From: an uncultured Caulobacterales bacterium
Lineage (GTDB): Bacteria; Pseudomonadota; Alphaproteobacteria; Caulobacterales; Caulobacteraceae
Length of the DNA: 64,000 nucleotides
Reading direction: 5' to 3'
NCBI GenBank assembly: GCA_903874895.1
Contig: CAIQUG010000007.1
Coordinates: 24,326 to 88,325 of the forward strand
Within the stretch, counting starts at the first letter, position 1; each line of letters starts with the position of its first letter. Under the pieces are notes generated by a model. The model was not told the DNA's origin and made no database searches. It saw nothing but the letters and a program-made list of their open reading frames with translations. Of this stretch, positions 35,800 through 44,660 are shown piece by piece. Position numbers and translations under genes: made by a program.

Positions 35800-37995
35800 A
35801 TGAAGAATGTCCGGGTTTTGGGCCTGCTGTGCGCAGGGGCGTGGATGGCGCTGGCGGGCAGTGCCCTTGCGGCACCGGCACACGGCAAGGGCGACGCTGC
35901 CCGCTGGAAGGCGGAAGCGGCCCGGGTCACCATCACGCGGGACGACCACGGCATCGCCCATGTGCACGGCCGCTCCGACGCCGACGCCGTGTTCGGCATG
36001 ATCTATGCCCAGGCCGAGGATGACTTCCCGCGGGTGGAGACCAATTATCTCGACAATCTCGGCCTGCGGGCCCTCGCTCGCGGGGAGGGCGAGATCTGGA
36101 GCGACCTGCGCGCCCGGATCTATAACGATCCGTCGGTGCTCAAGGCCCGATATCGCCAGTGCCCGCCATGGCTGAAGTCGCTGATGGTCGCCTGGGCGGA
36201 CGGGCTGAACTACTATCTCGCCACGCATCCCGACACCCACCCCGAGGCCATCCGCCGGTTCGAGCCATGGATGACGCTGGCATTCTCCGAGGGCAGCATC
36301 GGCGGCGACATCGAGAGCATCTCGCTCGAGAAGCTTGAGGCCTTCTATGGTCGGCCGACGGATGTGAAGGTGGCGGAACTCCCGAAGCTGCCGATGGAGC
36401 AGCGGGGATCCAACGGCATTGCCATCGCACCGCAGAACACCACCACGGGCCATGCCCTGCTGCTGATCAACCCGCACACCAGCTTCTATTTCCGCTCCGA
36501 GGCGCAGGTCGCCAGCGATACGGGCCTGAATGTCTACGGTGCCAGCACCTGGGGCCAGTTCTTCGTCTACCAGGGCTTCAACGCCCATGCGGGATGGATG
36601 CACACGTCCACGGGCTCGGTGCGCACCGCGGAGTTTCGCGAGGCCATCGTGCACAAGGGGGGAAAGCTCTTCTACCGCTATGGCACGGCGTTGCGCCCGG
36701 TGAAGCGCGTGCACCTCGCCATTCCGTACCGGGCCAAGGACGGATCGACCGCCACCCGTCGCTTCACCGTCTATCGCACCCATCACGGCCCGGTGGTTGC
36801 GGACGAGGGGGGGCGCTGGATCAGCTATGCCATGATGGACCGGCCGGTGGCGGCCCTGCAGCAGTCCTGGCTGCGGACCCGCGCCACGGACTATGACAGC
36901 TTCCGCAAGGTGGCCATGCTGAAGGCCAATTCCTCGAACAATACCCTGTTTGCCGACAGCAAGGGGGAGATCGCCTATCTCCACCCGCAATTCACTCCGC
37001 GGCGGGGGCCGGATGTAGACTATCTGAAGCCCGTGGACGGGTCCGACCCGGCCACGGACTGGCAGGGCGTCCACGACCTCGACGAGACACCGACCATCGT
37101 CAATCCGTCCACCGGCTTCGTCTACAATTCCAACAACTGGCCCTACACCGCGGCCGGATCGGCCAGCCCGAAGCCGGAGCAGTTCCCCAAATACATGGAC
37201 AGCGTAGGGGAGAACCCCCGGGGCCTCCACGCCCTCCGTCTGCTGGAAGGGCGCAAGGACTTCACGCCAGAGGGCCTGCTGGCGGCGGCGTATGACAGCT
37301 ACCAGCCGGCCTTCGCCCACATGATCCCCAAGCTGGTGGCTGCGTGGGATGCGGAACCGGCCGACAGCCCGCTGAAGGCCAGGCTCGCCGAGCCGGTGGC
37401 GATGCTCAGGGCCTGGGACTATCGCTGGGGCAAGGACAGCGTGGCCATGAGCCTGGCGGAATACTGGGCCGACAGCTTCTGGCCGGAAATGATCCGCCGC
37501 TTCGGCGATGACCGGAACCGCATCTTCGAGCATGTGGGCGAAGTGATGACCCCGCACGCGCAGCTGGAGCGCCTGTCCGGTGCCGTGGATCACCTGACCA
37601 CCGACTTCGGCAGCTGGAAGACTCCCTGGGGCGAGATCAACCGCTTCCAGCGCCTGACCAGCAACATTCGCCAGACCTACGAGGACGACCAGCCCAGCAT
37701 CCCCGTGGGCTTCGCCAGCGCCCGCTTCGGCTCGCTGGCGGCCTTCGAGGCCCGTCCCCGGGCAGGAACGAAGAAGTACTACGGCGACACCGGCAACAGC
37801 TTCGTGGCGGTGGTGGAGTTCGGGCCCAAGGTGCGGGCCTTGGCGGTCAGCGCCGGGGGCGAGAGCGGTCACGTGGGTGACGCCCACTTCACCGACCAGG
37901 CCCAGCGCTATGCGGACGGAGCCCTGCGGCCGGTCTACTTCTACCCCGAGGACCTGAAGGGGCATGTGGAGCGGACCTATCGGCCAGGCCGATGA
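35800..37995 (+). CDS. penicillin/AHL acylase family protein (peptidase S45, Ntn hydrolase)
   Basis: Signal peptide. RDDHGIAHVHG. Autoprocessing and nucleophile region QRGSNGIAIAP. 731 aa. Confidence 0.85.
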   Translation: MKNVRVLGLLCAGAWMALAGSALAAPAHGKGDAARWKAEAARVTITRDDHGIAHVHGRSDADAVFGMIYAQAEDDFPRVETNYLDNLGLRALARGEGEIWSDLRARIYNDPSVLKARYRQCPPWLKSLMVAWADGLNYYLATHPDTHPEAIRRFEPWMTLAFSEGSIGGDIESISLEKLEAFYGRPTDVKVAELPKLPMEQRGSNGIAIAPQNTTTGHALLLINPHTSFYFRSEAQVASDTGLNVYGASTWGQFFVYQGFNAHAGWMHTSTGSVRTAEFREAIVHKGGKLFYRYGTALRPVKRVHLAIPYRAKDGSTATRRFTVYRTHHGPVVADEGGRWISYAMMDRPVAALQQSWLRTRATDYDSFRKVAMLKANSSNNTLFADSKGEIAYLHPQFTPRRGPDVDYLKPVDGSDPATDWQGVHDLDETPTIVNPSTGFVYNSNNWPYTAAGSASPKPEQFPKYMDSVGENPRGLHALRLLEGRKDFTPEGLLAAAYDSYQPAFAHMIPKLVAAWDAEPADSPLKARLAEPVAMLRAWDYRWGKDSVAMSLAEYWADSFWPEMIRRFGDDRNRIFEHVGEVMTPHAQLERLSGAVDHLTTDFGSWKTPWGEINRFQRLTSNIRQTYEDDQPSIPVGFASARFGSLAAFEARPRAGTKKYYGDTGNSFVAVVEFGPKVRALAVSAGGESGHVGDAHFTDQAQRYADGALRPVYFYPEDLKGHVERTYRPGR

Positions 37996-38420
37996 GCTCC
38001 GGTGGGCGGCGGTCCGACTCCGGACGGGCCGCCGGCATCGCCCGGATCGTGATGAGCCTGTTCTACCTGCTGGCGGGCACGGCCCACCTGCAGGCCGTCG
38101 ACGGCTTTGTCGCCATCACGCCGAGTTGGGTGCCGTTTCCCGCCGCGGTGATCGTCGGCACCGGCGTGTGCGAACTCCTCGGGGCGGTGGGGCTCTGGAT
38201 CCCGCGGCTGCGCTGGCTGAGCGGGCTGATGCTGGCTCTCTATGCCGTATGCGTGTTTCCCGCCAACATCCATCACGCCTTCGACCATGTGACGGTCCCG
38301 GGCCTTCCGTCGAGCTGGTGGTACCACGCGCCGCGGCTCCTGATGCAGCCGGTGCTGGTGTGGGCGGCGCTGTTGGCGGGCCGGGTGACGGCCTGGCCGT
38401 GGCGCGGTTCAGTAAGCTGA
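37992..38420 (+). CDS. DoxX-like small membrane protein
   Basis: 142 aa with four TM helices and VFPANIHHA. Its ATG overlaps the acylase stop (ATGA). Confidence 0.6.
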   Translation: MSSGGRRSDSGRAAGIARIVMSLFYLLAGTAHLQAVDGFVAITPSWVPFPAAVIVGTGVCELLGAVGLWIPRLRWLSGLMLALYAVCVFPANIHHAFDHVTVPGLPSSWWYHAPRLLMQPVLVWAALLAGRVTAWPWRGSVS

Positions 38421-38470
38421 CATATTTGTGAGTAGTAACTTTTGCGGTTTCTGTATTTTGCTATAAGTTC

Positions 38471-38526
38471 GGCCAAAAATTCAGTCCAAAAATCGGTCCA
38501 AGAATAATCCGATTTCGTCCATAAAT
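38471..38526 (+). promoter_or_regulatory. phased direct repeats GKCCAWRAAT (4 copies) in an AT-rich spacer
   Basis: GGCCAAAAAT at 38471, GTCCAAAAAT at 38484, GTCCAAGAAT at 38496, GTCCATAAAT at 38517. Two copies of AAAATCTC follow. Spacings are 13, 12 and 21 nt. Confidence 0.4.
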
Positions 38527-38797
38527 CGAAAATCTCAAAAAATCTCTGATCTGCTGTATCCTTGCCGGATGACGGTGCGTAACATCTGTGTCTCCTGGGA
38601 GTGGATGCTTTATCCGCTTGTCAGAAGCGGAGCGGTTGTTGTCGCTGCGCGGACGCGTACTGAGTATAGCGCCGGTTCTGCGCTCCATTGCCCCGTGCGG
38701 GCGCGGAGCCGGCGCGACCGCCGGGCGCGGGAGCACGGGTGGCGTCGGGGGCGACGCGGCCGGAGCCTTCACATCCCCATCACACAAGGAACAGTTC

Positions 38798-39691
38798 ATG
38801 ACGCACAGATCTCATCTGGCGCTGGGCGGCGCGATGTTCGGCGCAGCCCTCGCCTTCACGGTGGCCGCCGATGCGGCCCCGCTGCTTGACCAGGGCAAGC
38901 TTCTGCTCACCGGCGGCGTGACCAATGTCGAGGGCGCGGCCGGCGGCGGGATCGCCACCTGGGCCACGATCACGGGCTACGGTACCAATGACGGTATCGG
39001 CGGCAATGTGCACGCCACCTATGCGGACGTGCGGGACTACCGGCTGACCGATTATGGCGCGGCCGTCGGCCTCTACAACCGGGTCGAGCTGTCCTATGCA
39101 CGGCAGGATTTCGACACCCGCTCCGTCGGCCCGAAGCTCGGCCTGCCGCAGGGCTACACCTTCAGCCAGGACGTCTATGGCGCGAAGCTGCGGGTGATCG
39201 GCGACCTTGTCTATGACCAGGACAGCCTGCTGCCACAGATCTCCGTCGGCCTGCAGCACAAGGAAGAGAGCGACAAGCTGCACGTGATCCGGTCGCATGC
39301 CTTCGGCATCCGGTCGGCCAGCGGCACCGACTATTACGTCGCCGCCACCAAGCTCTTCCTCGACCAGAGCCTGCTGGTGAACGCCACGGTGCGTTACACC
39401 AAGGCCAACCAGGGCGGCCTGCTCGGCTTCGGCGGCCCGAAATCCAATGACTACAAGCCGCAATTCGAGGGCAGCGTCGGCTATCTCCTGTCCAAGAAGC
39501 TGGTGGTCGGTGCCGAGTACCGGACCAAGCCCGACAATGTCGGGCTGAAGGAAAACGACTGGTACGACCTCTACGCCGCCTATGCCCTCAACAAGCATGT
39601 GTCCGTGACGCTGGCCTACGCCAACCTCGGCGACATCGCGACGTTCAAGAACCAGGACGGCGTCTACCTGTCCCTGCAGGCCGGCTTCTAG
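38798..39691 (+). CDS. DUF3034-like outer-membrane beta-barrel protein
   Basis: Start at the ATG at 38798 with AAGGAA upstream. Signal ALGGAMFGAALAFTVAADA. GGVTNVEGAAGGGIATWA followed by alternating beta-strand pattern. The terminal ...SLQAGF has an aromatic last residue, typical of OM barrels. Confidence 0.7.
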   Translation: MTHRSHLALGGAMFGAALAFTVAADAAPLLDQGKLLLTGGVTNVEGAAGGGIATWATITGYGTNDGIGGNVHATYADVRDYRLTDYGAAVGLYNRVELSYARQDFDTRSVGPKLGLPQGYTFSQDVYGAKLRVIGDLVYDQDSLLPQISVGLQHKEESDKLHVIRSHAFGIRSASGTDYYVAATKLFLDQSLLVNATVRYTKANQGGLLGFGGPKSNDYKPQFEGSVGYLLSKKLVVGAEYRTKPDNVGLKENDWYDLYAAYALNKHVSVTLAYANLGDIATFKNQDGVYLSLQAGF

Positions 39692-39743
39692 CGCCGCCGC
39701 CGTTTCGGACATCCCCCAACCCCTTCGGACAAGGTCAATCCCC

Positions 39744-40241
39744 ATGAAACTCTCTCGACATATGGCTCCGCTGCTGCTGGCAACGCTGGTCGCAGTCTCG
39801 GCTCCGGTCTGCGCCCAGACGGTGCCGGCTCCCGCGCCGGACACCACCGCGTCCGCCTCGAACGCCGGCGCGACCCCGCTGGCGGGAGACGCGGTCTACA
39901 AGGCCTTCCACGGCGAGGAAGGAATCCAGCGGATCATGGACGACTTCATCGTCCGGATCACCACCGACCCGCGGATCAAGGACCGTTTCGCCAATGCCAA
40001 TCTGGCGCGGCTGAAGCTGTTGCTGGTCCAGCAGGTCAGCTACCTCATCGGCGGCCCGCAGACCTATACGGGTCGGGACATGAAGACGACGCACGAGGGC
40101 ATGGGCCTGCAGAACGGCGACTTCAACGCCCTCGCCGAAGACCTGCAGCTGTCCATGGACAAGGAAGGCGTTCCCTTCCGGGCCCAGAACAAGCTGCTGG
40201 CGAAGCTGGCGCCCATGGAACACCAGATCGTTCCGCGCTGA
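39744..40241 (+). CDS. group I truncated haemoglobin with an N-terminal Sec signal peptide
   Basis: Signal MAPLLLATLVAVSAPVCA-Q. The globin core DDFIVRITTDPRIKDRF...LIGGPQTYTGRDMKTTHEGMG matches the trHbN pattern, including the proximal His. Confidence 0.8.
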   Translation: MKLSRHMAPLLLATLVAVSAPVCAQTVPAPAPDTTASASNAGATPLAGDAVYKAFHGEEGIQRIMDDFIVRITTDPRIKDRFANANLARLKLLLVQQVSYLIGGPQTYTGRDMKTTHEGMGLQNGDFNALAEDLQLSMDKEGVPFRAQNKLLAKLAPMEHQIVPR

Positions 40242-40321
40242 CCAGGGTCGTCCGGGCGGCGGCTTCTCGGTCGTCCGGACATCCTCGCGTTTCGGATTCC
40301 CAACCCAGAAAGGTCCCGGTC

Positions 40322-40597
40322 ATGACCCGAACCCTGTCATCCCTCCCCACGCGGCGACACCTTCTGGCAATCGGGCTCGGCGTGGGGGCTGCGCTCGCCG
40401 GTGCCGCCACGGCACAAGCCAAGACGCCCCGGTCCGCCGTCGGCTTCCAGACCCATCCCAACGGGACCTCGGCCTGTGCCACCTGCACCTCGTTCATTCC
40501 GGCGACCGATCCCGCGCAGCCCGGCAGCTGCAAGATCGTCGAGGGCGAGATTCCACCGACGAGCTGGTGTGCCCTCTATGCGCGCCGGTCCGCCTGA
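40322..40597 (+). CDS. high-potential iron-sulfur protein (HiPIP) with a Tat signal
   Basis: Twin-arginine TRRHLLAIGLGVGAALAGAATAQA. Cys spacing CATC-x14-C-x12-C with WCALY matches the HiPIP signature. Confidence 0.8.
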   Translation: MTRTLSSLPTRRHLLAIGLGVGAALAGAATAQAKTPRSAVGFQTHPNGTSACATCTSFIPATDPAQPGSCKIVEGEIPPTSWCALYARRSA

Positions 40598-40616
40598 TCC
40601 CCAGGACCCGGGACCC

Positions 40617-43028
40617 TCAGCGACCGGGCTTCAGGGTGATCACCCGCTCCGCCGCCTCCAGCACCGCGGCGCGGGAATAGAGCAGGGGCACGTAGCTGCC
40701 CCCGGCCCAGAGGGGGAACAGGTCCCGATAGTGCGGGCTCGCCGGATCGCCGGACTGACCGGGGGTGTTGATCACCACCGACTGGTCCCAGGCCCCCACG
40801 TCCAGCACCATCCGCACCGAGGCCCCGGCCACCACGTCGAAGTCGCTTGTCCGGTAACTCGTGGCCATGGGGGTCTCGCCGGAGCCGCCCACCTGCAGCG
40901 GTCCGACCGACATCTGCGCGGCCATCGGCCCTTGGGCCAGCGCCGCCGCGGCGGGCGACCACCGGGCTCTGTGCAGGTCGCCCCAGCGCCAGCGGGTGGC
41001 GTCGGCCCCCAGCAGGGCTGCCGTGTCACGCCAGGCCTCCGCCAGGGAAGACTTCAACACCTGGTCGCGGAGGGCAGCCGGGGTCTTTCCGAACATCGGG
41101 CCCGGATGGGCCAGGCTGTCCACCACCGCCGCCAATTGCGGATCGGTGAAGGCCGGGCGGACCTTGTCCGGCACCACGGCCGTGACGGCGGCCTGCCGCA
41201 GATGACGGCTGGCCCAGACCTCGAACAGGGCCGCCTGCGGGCTGTCGGCCGTCTCTTGCCCGTTCCAGCCCTGCAGCAGGGCGAGCGCTGCGGTCTGGTC
41301 GGGCGTTTCGCCCTTGAGGCCCGTCAACAGGGCGCAGGTCTGCCGGGCCAGAGTGCTGGTCACGTCGGTCTGGATCGCCATCATGTCGGTGAGGCCGAGC
41401 TTCGGCTTTTCCGCGAGCCGGGCCTGGATCTCGTCGATGCGGGAACGGTCCACCCATTCGTATCCGACATTGCCGAAGCCCCTGGGCGCGTCGGCGGGGA
41501 TGTTCATCTCGTTGGCCGTGGCGAACCAGCCCTGGGCGGGGTTCTTCACCGTCGGGAAGAGGTCCGGCCGGATGAGGCCCTTCCACTCGTAGCGTCCGTC
41601 CCCCGGCACCGGGGTCAGGCCATCCCAGTTGGGACGAAGCGGGGTGAAGGCAGAGGGCCGCCAGCCGATGGTCCCGCCGGTGTCGGCATAGACGAGGTTC
41701 AGGGGCGGAGCCCCCCAGTGGCCGTGGGTCGTGTCGAAATCGGCCCAGCTCTTGGCCCGGAACATCCAGGCGGCGTTGAAATAGCCGGCACCGCCCGGCT
41801 CGCTCCAGATCGAGCGCACGGCAAAGGCGTGTCCGCCCTTGGCGTCCCCGCTGATCACGGGGCCGTGGCGGGTGAAGCGCAGCGTGATTTCCCGGTCGGC
41901 CTCGCCCTTCACCTCGAGCGTTTCGCGGACCACCTCCATCGGCGCCCAGCCGCCCTTGTAGCGATAGGCGTCCGGGTGGTCGGCCGCGGTGTCGTAGACG
42001 TAAAGGTCCTGCTGGTCGGCATAGAAGATCGTCAGGCCCCAGGCGGCGGTGTCGTTGTGACCGAAGCTGACGCCAGGCAGGGCGGGCTCTCCGGCACCAA
42101 TCACGTGCAGGTCCGGGGCATTCACGTCCACCACGTAGCGAAGGGACGGTACGCCATGGGCCCGGTGCGGATCATTGGCCAGGATCGGCCGACCGGTCGT
42201 GGAATGGGCGGCGTCCACGATCCAGTTGTTGGAGCCCTCCCGCGTGACTTCGGTATTGTGCTCGGCCAGCCGCTTCAGGTCCGGTGCCTCGGCCACCATG
42301 GTGCGGCCATCGAAGCTCACATTGCCCGTGGCCAGCAGATAGTCCTTCAACACCTCAGGCCCGACGACGCAGGGATCGAGGCCCTTGGGCACCTGGATCT
42401 CGTGGGCGGGTTCGAGCTTGCGGCGCAGGGGCTCGTACGGGAGGCCGCCGAGACACAGGGACCGGGCGCGGATCACCTCCGCCGTCAGATTGCCCACCAG
42501 GGCGTGGCTGCGGATGCGGACCACGTCGTCGGCGGTCCAGGACTCCGGGGCCGAGCCGGTCATCGCGAACTCCGGCGGGGCCGGGCGGCGGCCAGCGCGG
42601 ATCTCGGCGATATAGGCGTTGATCCCGGCGACGAAGGCCTCTGTCCAGCTCTTCGCCTCGGCGGGATAGGCTGCCCATTCCGCCGCCATGTCGCCGCGAT
42701 AGAGAAACAGGCGAGAGGCCCGGTCCTGCTCCACGAATTTCGGTCCGAAGCTGGCGGCCAGGCGCCCCAGCCCGCGCTTGCGCCAGAGGTCGATCTGCCA
42801 CAGCCGATCCCGGGCGGCGTTGTAGCCCTGCAGGAAGAAGGCGTCGTGGGCGTTGGCCCCGTAGACATGGGCGATGCCCCAGTGATCCACGACGATTTCC
42901 CCGGGCGCGGTCAGGCCGGAGACCTCCCGCACTTCGGACATCGCAGCGGCCGGGGGGGTGGTCTGCGCCAGGGCCGGTGCGACGGTCGCCAGCAACAGCG
43001 CGGCCGCGATCCCAATGTTGGACGTCAT
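40617..43028 (-). CDS. penicillin/AHL acylase family protein (peptidase S45), second paralog
   Basis: Signal peptide. VDHWGIAHVYG. Nucleophile region EGSNNWIVD. 803 aa. Confidence 0.85.
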   Translation of the reverse strand: MTSNIGIAAALLLATVAPALAQTTPPAAAMSEVREVSGLTAPGEIVVDHWGIAHVYGANAHDAFFLQGYNAARDRLWQIDLWRKRGLGRLAASFGPKFVEQDRASRLFLYRGDMAAEWAAYPAEAKSWTEAFVAGINAYIAEIRAGRRPAPPEFAMTGSAPESWTADDVVRIRSHALVGNLTAEVIRARSLCLGGLPYEPLRRKLEPAHEIQVPKGLDPCVVGPEVLKDYLLATGNVSFDGRTMVAEAPDLKRLAEHNTEVTREGSNNWIVDAAHSTTGRPILANDPHRAHGVPSLRYVVDVNAPDLHVIGAGEPALPGVSFGHNDTAAWGLTIFYADQQDLYVYDTAADHPDAYRYKGGWAPMEVVRETLEVKGEADREITLRFTRHGPVISGDAKGGHAFAVRSIWSEPGGAGYFNAAWMFRAKSWADFDTTHGHWGAPPLNLVYADTGGTIGWRPSAFTPLRPNWDGLTPVPGDGRYEWKGLIRPDLFPTVKNPAQGWFATANEMNIPADAPRGFGNVGYEWVDRSRIDEIQARLAEKPKLGLTDMMAIQTDVTSTLARQTCALLTGLKGETPDQTAALALLQGWNGQETADSPQAALFEVWASRHLRQAAVTAVVPDKVRPAFTDPQLAAVVDSLAHPGPMFGKTPAALRDQVLKSSLAEAWRDTAALLGADATRWRWGDLHRARWSPAAAALAQGPMAAQMSVGPLQVGGSGETPMATSYRTSDFDVVAGASVRMVLDVGAWDQSVVINTPGQSGDPASPHYRDLFPLWAGGSYVPLLYSRAAVLEAAERVITLKPGR

Positions 43029-43198
43029 AGCGTTCCCCAGACCGTTTGTGTCGAGGCCAGCTTAGAAGGGTGCCCCCGGGGCGCAAGTCCGCTTTGCCAC
43101 CCGGGCCGACTTGTGGGTAACATCCGGTGGTTGAGGCGATGCCGGTCCGTCCCTATTCCGGGTCACTGTACCCGTCCCCGATCCTGGAGGTCCCGAAC

Positions 43199-43732
43199 AT
43201 GAACCCTACTGTATCGATCCTCGCCGTGAGCCTGGCCCTCGGCCTGCTGGCCGGAGCCGCGGAGGCTGCCGGACCGCCGTCGGCCACGGCCCAGCTGGTC
43301 AACGGCACCGGGGCCGCCATCGGCTCGGTGGTGCTGACCGAAGGAACCGGCGGCGTGCTGATCGAGGTCGAGGCCACCGGCCTGACCCCCGGCTGGCACG
43401 GGGTGCACCTGCACGAGATGGGCGTGTGCGCGGCCGACGGCTTCAAGAGCGCCGGGGCCCACATGGGTCACCATGAAGGCGTAGGCCACGGCCTGCTGAA
43501 CCCGAACGGGCCCGAGGCCGGGGACCTTCCCAACCTCTATTCCGCGGACGGGTCGGCCCATGTGCAGCTGTTCAGCGACAAGGTGACCCTGGACCCCGCC
43601 AAGGCCGGGCTCGGCCGCCTGCTGATCAAGGATGGGTCCCTGATCATCCACACGGCCCGGGACGACCAGTCCACCCAGCCCATCGGCGGGGCGGGGGCGC
43701 GGGTCGCCTGCGGTGTGCTGAAGGTCAACTAG
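43199..43732 (+). CDS. sodC: periplasmic Cu,Zn superoxide dismutase
   Basis: Start at the ATG at 43199 after GGAGG. Signal peptide present. GWHGVHLHEMGVC, GAHMGHH, GDLPNL and GGAGARVACGV motifs. Confidence 0.9.
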   Translation: MNPTVSILAVSLALGLLAGAAEAAGPPSATAQLVNGTGAAIGSVVLTEGTGGVLIEVEATGLTPGWHGVHLHEMGVCAADGFKSAGAHMGHHEGVGHGLLNPNGPEAGDLPNLYSADGSAHVQLFSDKVTLDPAKAGLGRLLIKDGSLIIHTARDDQSTQPIGGAGARVACGVLKVN

Positions 43733-43754
43733 GTCCCACGGGAGGAGAGGGACC
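43732..43754. terminator. weak hairpin between convergent sodC and paiB-like genes
   Basis: GGTCCCacgggaggagaGGGACC. No T-tract. Confidence 0.25.
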
Positions 43755-43755
43755 C

Positions 43756-44400
43756 CTACCGGCGGCTCCGCTCCAGCGCGGTCATGACATCGCCCACGGC
43801 GCGGGCGGCCGGGTCCGTCTCGGCCGCGTAGCCCGCGATCAGTCCGGCCCGGTCGGCGTCGGAGCGGTGCTGCTGCATCTTCCAGATGCCCTCCAGGCGG
43901 TCGACCTGAAGGCGGATGCCGACGATCCCCCGCAGCATGCCTTCGAAATAGGCCCGGGGCGAATCGTCCACGGACCACGGTGTCGGGCGACCGTCCTCGT
44001 TGCGCGCGGTCACCCGCCGTACCTGATCCTCGAGCCAGGCCTGGTCGTCAATGGCCTCGAGCCGGCCATGGGCATGGACGACGATGTAGTTCCAGGTGGG
44101 CACCACCTTGCCGTGTTCCGCCTTGGAGGCATACCAGCCCGGCGAGACATAGGCCTGCGGGCCATGGAAGATGGCGACGGACGGCGGGCGCGCGGCCAGC
44201 ACCCGATGATGGGGATTTGCCCGGGCCAGATGGGCCTCGAGCCGCAGGCCGTCATCCCCATCCGTCGCGGCGGTCATGGGCACGTGGGTGATGTGCAGCT
44301 CGCCGTCCGCAGGCGTCACCAGCGTCGCCAGCTGCGCGTTGCGCATCGCCTCCAGCATCACGTCGCGACGGGTTTCCTGGAAGGGGCCGGGGGCATACAT
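43756..44400 (-). CDS. PaiB-family FMN-binding protein
   Basis: 214 aa from the ATG at 44400: MYAPGPFQETRRDVMLEAMR...HVP...GPQAYVSPGWY...VPTWNY. Confidence 0.75.
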   Translation of the reverse strand: MYAPGPFQETRRDVMLEAMRNAQLATLVTPADGELHITHVPMTAATDGDDGLRLEAHLARANPHHRVLAARPPSVAIFHGPQAYVSPGWYASKAEHGKVVPTWNYIVVHAHGRLEAIDDQAWLEDQVRRVTARNEDGRPTPWSVDDSPRAYFEGMLRGIVGIRLQVDRLEGIWKMQQHRSDADRAGLIAGYAAETDPAARAVGDVMTALERSRR

Positions 44401-44660
44401 GGGTCGGTCCTCGGTCTGGGGCGGGGCACGGACACCCGGGTTGCGCGTAGAAATTGCGATCTGTCGGAGCTTTAGCTTGACATTCGGCGTGTTGCGGCGC
44501 ACCAGGACCGTGTCCGGCGCATTCTGCACCGGCTGATCGGCGCTCCAGTGGCGTGTGGGACCGGCTTTCCGGTCCGGCTGTCGAGCGCTGGGAACAACCT
44601 TCCCGAACCAAGTTCGCCCATACACGCGGGGCGGGTGACCCTCCCTCCCGCGCCATCCGG

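Noticed and set aside
38569-38889. A 106-aa Arg-rich ORF, and the track's longer 38588 start for the DUF3034-like gene.
   Set aside because: The extension is Arg/Gly/Ala-rich with no signal peptide. The ATG at 38798 has an AAGGAA RBS and immediately yields a signal peptide.
40246-40278. Direct repeat GGTCGTCCGG x2, including the palindrome GTCCGGAC, between the globin and HiPIP genes as a possible terminator or attenuator.
   Set aside because: It is short with no stable stem plus T-tract. This is compatible with chance in GC-rich DNA. I consider read-through, and therefore an operon, more likely.
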